From NCBI GenBank assembly GCA_004764695.1, contig SMSO01000031.1:5246436-5310435 (forward strand): 64,000 nt of DNA. The letters are read 5' to 3'. Under the pieces are notes generated by a model, which was not told the origin of the DNA, did not search any database, and was given only the letters and a program-made list of their open reading frames with translations. The stretch is from Schizochytrium sp. TIO01. Taxonomy: Eukaryota > Protista > Bigyra: Labyrinthulomycetes. Shown here piece after piece: positions 58,382 through 64,000 of the stretch (its first letter is position 1; every line of letters begins with the position of its first letter). The translations under genes and the position numbers were made by a program.

Positions 58382-60395
58382 AATCGAAAAAAAAGAAAAA
58401 GTGCTGGAACGCACTACTTTAATGGCTAGAAACTAGTCCATGCGTTTACAGTCCACAAAGAGTAGATGCTGTCGCTTCGCCTTTTGGAGAAAAGAACAAA
58501 TCGTGATCGCTTTTACCATGTTAGCCAGAGGTTAGTCGGTTTGCTGAGTTTACTCATCCCCTGGAAGTTTGAGGTCGGTCTACGGTTCGTCTTGAATTCA
58601 GGCAGCCTCGCGCACAATACTCGGACCTGAAACCGAGCCACGAAGGAAGAGACAAATCCTCACTTTAAAAGGTCTCTCAGGTCAAAAGTATAGCTGCAGA
58701 GACGTACTAGAGTTATGGCGTGGCTTCTCTTTTTCTTGAGTTTTCGCTCGAGTAAAACACTCGCACATGGCCTCCGGCTCGTTGTAGTGATATTTGGGAG
58801 CATCATCAGAGATCCCCTTGTTCAGGTCTCCGCATCCTCTGAATCATGATATTTAAGCACGTATGTGGAACTTTGGAAACAAAATGTGAAACATCGGATT
58901 GTTTGCTGCTGAGTGAGTATAGTTAACCAACAAACCCATGGCCCTTGTCAAAAGGAATTGTCTATCAATCCTCTCCTAGACACCAAGTTTGAGTTATGCG
59001 CATTGGATGCTCGTAGCTCTGCATCCATGGGTGATTAGCAGGGTGCTCCGACGACACGCGCTATGGTTTGTTCGTTGTTTTATCGTGACGGGAAGAGAAC
59101 TAGAGGGCTTTCGTTCGAAGAGAGATCTTACGAACCTTCGAAGCAAAGGAAACAAGTGAAGAAGACGCCATGAATGAAAACGCATACATAAGCCAACCAG
59201 AAGTGGTCTTCCACAGACTCGCAGAAGTCCTTACCATGCTGCCCAAAGGTCGACTACGTTGGTGAGTCAAAGAAAAACTCAAGATCCCCATTAAAAAGTA
59301 GCCCCCCCCCCAAAAAAAAAACAAAAAAAAACACACACAAAAACAATAACAACAGCGACGAATACACTGCAAACACATTTGTCTAACACACATATATTTT
59401 CGTCTCGGCACCTTCCTGCAAGCAGTGCGTGCAAATTAGGCCAGGGTCCGCCTTTAGGGCTGTTAAAAAAACACATGGATGGGTATCCATAAATGAATAC
59501 ATTCTCATTTCAAGAATTGCGTATAATTTCAAGAAATCGAGAAAGGCCCTGGCTAAGTCCAGTCCAGTCAAGTCAAGTCAAATCAATCAAATCAATATGG
59601 AGTCAAGTCAGTACCCACTAAGTATCTTCAACGCCGCACTATATATTTATGGTTAGCCCACGTCTGCATCAAATCAGAACATTGGGCTGTCGTCGTCAAC
59701 CTTGTCGTGGGACTTCAAGTTGTAGAAAACCATTTTCCTCTTGATGTCTATCGAGATGATGTTAAATATCCCTATCACAACTTCATTCCGGTGTATAAAA
59801 TACTAACTAACTTCTCTTCGTCAATGATTACAGTTGGTTGCTGTTCCCAAACTCAAGGCTACATCCTACTTGAGAGCTAAATTCACAATGTCGCATGAAT
59901 GTACACATTCGAGCTGCATACATTGGCGACCTAGGTCCTGTCTTTCAATCAAGGTGGATAATAAATCTTACAGTAACCCTTGGTACGTGCGAGGTTTATT
60001 CTTGCGACAGTACTCTGTCAAACTCCTTGTTGACAAGTAGGTCCACAAAAGCGAAGTTGTACTCTCTTGCTTCAAGTTCCTCTGCGTTTATGTTCATCTT
60101 ATTTAACGCCACACAAGTTGAACAAATCAGCTTTTAAAATAATTCATATTTTTTAAATTAAAAATTCTTTTTATACTTTTAAATTTTTAAATTAAAAAAG
60201 TATAATATATTTTTAATTTGATTTTAAAAGCACTTTTAATAAAATAAAAAAAAAACAATTAAATTAAATTAAAAATCATTTATTTATCATTCAAGTGCTG
60301 ATCACTCAATCGTTTTTTATTTCTTTTGGTATAAAAGTTGGTTTTGAGAGGGATCTCGTCACGACTTCAAGATTGAATGGGCTCAATCTTAAACT

Positions 60396-60723
60396 GCTCC
60401 TCCGCCAGCCTCCAGCTCAGTCTTCAAGGCATACAATCAACCATCATCACTCGTCAAAGCGTTGCGTTGCGTTGCATCGACTCCCTCCGCAGAATCAATC
60501 TCGCACTACCCATCACCGCTCCTACGCCAGCCTCCAAGTCAGTCTTCGAGGTACGCAATCAACCATCATCACTCGTAAAAGCGTTGCGTTGCATCGACTC
60601 TCTCCGCGGAATCTCGCACTGCCCAACTCCGCTACTCCCAACTCAGTCCTAAGGCAATCAAGCAATCAATCAATCAATCCTAAGGCAATCAATCAATCCT
60701 AAGGCAATCAATCAATCCTAAGG

Positions 60724-60806
<83 letters not shown>

Positions 60807-60850
60807 CCAATCATCACTCGTCAAAGCCTTGGGTCGGAATCTCGCGGAAC
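60396..60850 (+). repeat. Three diverged tandem copies of a ~120-bp unit; the third copy contains an expanded CCTAAGG(CAAT)n/(CAAT)n array
   Basis: Copies begin at 60396 (gctcctccgccagcctcc), 60518 (gctcctacgccagcctcc) and about 60631. All carry tcagtc..aggc..caatcaa..atcatcactcgt(c/a)aaagc and end with aatctcgc. Confidence 0.85.
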
Positions 60851-60869
60851 TCAATACAACCCTCCACAT

Positions 60870-61750
60870 TTGCGTTCTCTCTCACGTGTGTACCCTGCTT
60901 CGTACAAGACCATCTTGCACAGGCGCCGCGCGTGCCCAAGTTTCGCAGCGAATTGGCTTCGAGTCTTCCTTCTTCAAGGCAGCAGCTCCAGCTGCTTCAG
61001 ATCAGCATTGTGCCGCCGTACGTCTCTGTCGAGGTGGCCGTCGTTATCGGTTTCGGCTGCCCAGCTTCGTCAAGATCCCTCGTGCGGGTTCGCCTGGGAG
61101 GGAGGGAGGGCTCCAGCCTTTGCATCATCTCGTGGTCCCCGAGCACGAGCGCCCTGTCGACGGAGAGCGAAGCCTCATTCCTTGTGACCCTCGAGATGCC
61201 TGGCTGCCTGCGTGCCAGAATGGCAAGAGCAAGCGCCTGCAGACGTCTCAGGCCTCTTCGAGCGAGCTGAGGACCCGTGCGTCTCGCGCACGTGCAGACG
61301 GCCAATCAATCGCTCGCTCGTGGCTCCAGCAACAGGCAAGACCGTGAAGGCCATCGTCATAGAATCAACCATCCATCGCATCACAGGGTCGCTCCTTCTT
61401 CAGGCCATCGTGCCATCCCAGGCGGACCAAGCCCTGACTTCCGCAGTCTGAGGAAGCGCAGCGCGTAAGGAGGTCCCATCCGTCTTTGCGCTTGCCTGCT
61501 CAGGGTTCGCTCGCCCTCTGCAGGTTTTGATTTGATTTCCAGCGAGATTTCCAGTTTCGGCTTCTTTGCCGGGGATGGCGAACGCTGCGATTTTGAAAGA
61601 AAGCCTTACCGCCATTCCAAAAGGGGTCGGCACTCACTCACTCACTCGCTTTTTGGCAGACAACCTCTGGCTTGAGAGAGAGGTCCACTCTTCACTTCGG
61701 AGAACCTCCGCCTCGACCTGCACCAAGAGCTTATCCATGCTGGCGCTTCG
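60870..61750 (-). pseudogene. Decayed coding sequence with ankyrin-like fragments
   Basis: GC-rich island with several broken minus-strand frames. Fragments DRALVLGDHEMMQRL, LKQLELL and FAAKLGH..LCKMVLYEAG resemble ankyrin helices. Confidence 0.3.
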
Positions 61751-61844
61751 AGCTCTCCCTGGGCGCCTCTGATCGATCGATCGATTTCCAGGATGCATAC
61801 TCGTGCAAAGATCGATCGATCCGTCCTTCGATCGATTCAATTGG

Positions 61845-61876
61845 ATTGAATTGAATTGAATTGAATTGAATTGAAT
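61845..61876 (+). repeat. (AATTG)n pentanucleotide microsatellite
   Basis: Directly visible; a similar tract lies at about 11490-11510. Confidence 0.85.
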
Positions 61877-63061
61877 CATAAACTACTCATGGTCGCCAGC
61901 AACTTCCTCTTCAAAGTGCACACCCACGCCTCCTGTGAGGTTGCTGCGCACCTCGTTACTACTAAGTAGCTAGCTAGGTATCTTCACAGCAGCTGCCGAG
62001 AGCGCACTTCGTTAAGGCCAGAGGGCGTGGAGGGACCAGGTCTCGAGTGCTAAAACTCGCACGCAACGCCTATTTCGTTCTGCCTCAAAGTGGTGCTTTG
62101 CCGATAAAGCGGTGCAACTCGACCTGGAGTCCAGGCCTGACTCGTTTCGTTTATTGACTTCGTTTAAAGCCTGCCTGCCTGAGCGTGCTTCCAAATAAAG
62201 CAGTCAAATCCTGTGTGTCACGCGTACCTCCTCACTTCGTGCCGAGGACCTCCTCGCCGCCGTCCTCTGCATACACCGTCGCCGGGGTCCTCACGGCCAA
62301 CGTGTGGGCTAAGGCACTCTGAGTACTCACTCACCCGTTTAAGGTATGTATGTATGTATGGATGTATGTATGTCTTATGGGCAATGAATGCCATGCGCGT
62401 TTAACCTGGCTAGAAGGTAAGCCAAACCGCAACGAGCCGCTTATTTGGGAACAAGCGCCAAGGAAGGACATCGTACTCGCGGATTCCTCAACCGCCGACG
62501 AAACCTTCCCTGGCACGAAACCCCTCCGTGATGCATGTATTGAAAGTCGTCTGAAGCTCCTTCACGAGCTTTGACGCTGCGCATCTAGCTTTTGACTTTA
62601 ACTTTTGAAAAACAAAAAATAATGAGTTCTGTCTATTTTGATGTTGATGTATACGTTTATCGTCGGTCAAGTTCCTCTCTTGTTTTACAGCATCTAACTC
62701 TGGGGCATTTTAAACTGTACGGGGGAGTCGCAAGCACAGACTATACAGTAGCAGACCCAACAGCGAGTGTCTCTGGAGGTACTTATTTTCTTGCAAAGGC
62801 CCAATCGGCTTCTTTACTTCAGGAATCTGATCAATCGCTTCGCAACCCAAGAATAATACCCAATCTTTAAAACTTCCACAATCTACTCTTCGACATCGAT
62901 CTTGAAGATGTTTTTGGAAACCCGCTGATCTGCCTTCATGCTTATACAGATTCTAATCGATTATGTGTACGCGTAGATATGAGTACTTTCCCAACTCGGT
63001 TTGTACCTCTCCCAACTGCCAGGGAAGATAACTGAAGCACTGAATGAAAGACCTTAACCAG

Positions 63062-63519
<458 letters not shown>

Positions 63520-64000
63520 CAACCACCCAACCTACGTGCTGGAGAGGCCCCGAGGTTACCTCCAGTTCTCGTTCTTGGCCCTCCGGTAGGTATCGCAAAT
63601 CCACGCATAACTTTGAGCCGCTCCGCGAAAGCGATCATCTTGCTTCTTTTATGGTTCATTCTGGGACAGAGAGAGCTAGTTCTCGCACAGCGACGGTTTG
63701 CGGCTTTGGCTTTGAAAGCCCGGAGCGTTCTCCGTCAAGCACAATAGATCTGTACGGATAGGTAGGAAGCTTTTCAGCTACTTATTCCAGGCAGTCAGTT
63801 GAAGAATCCGCCTTCATTTTCCTGAGGACTGCCTCTGTGCGTACCTTTACTTTGGAGTTGTTCTGAGTACCTCCCATGACCATGATTGCAATTGCAATTT
63901 ACAAGCTCGAGGCTCAGCTGAAAGAGACCGCCAGAGCTTAAAGCTAGTTTGTCTTCATTCAAGTACGCCAGAGTACGTAAAACCTCGAAGTTTTGGACCT

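Noticed and set aside
60640-60740. CCTAAGGCAATCAA units as a CRISPR-like or telomeric array
   Set aside because: No unique spacers, a eukaryotic context and no cas genes. Explained as slippage within a tandem duplication.

Overview
Eukaryotic nuclear DNA. The intronless genes, microsatellite-rich spacers and protein families suggest a labyrinthulomycete/thraustochytrid-like stramenopile, but this is inference. A gene-dense core (about 23.7-58 kb) holds ten single-exon genes: a three-repeat MYB factor with a C-terminal DNA-binding domain, a TMEM163-like CDF transporter, an unknown S/T-P-rich disordered protein, an A/B-type cyclin, a 7TM membrane protein, an SLC25 carrier, a probable divergent rhomboid, a CNBD-family channel with no recognisable selectivity filter, NOB1, and a divergently oriented NOL1/NOP2/Sun m5C methyltransferase. 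The core is flanked by gene-free zones (1-23.7 kb and 58-64 kb) and interrupted by one (39.4-43.7 kb). These zones are mosaics of GC-rich islands, tetranucleotide microsatellites, A-rich tracts and TAG/CTA-rich tracts. Leading hypotheses: (1) many GC-rich islands are fossils of 'GCPWDE-type' ankyrin-repeat genes; (2) the TAG/CTA patches reflect a CpA/CWG-directed C-to-T process (RIP-like); (3) the channel has a remodelled pore; (4) the MYB R3 recognition helix is rewired; (5) the 206-aa protein is a minimal rhomboid. No tRNA, rRNA, CRISPR array or intact transposon was recognised. All calls were made by eye, with no database searches.
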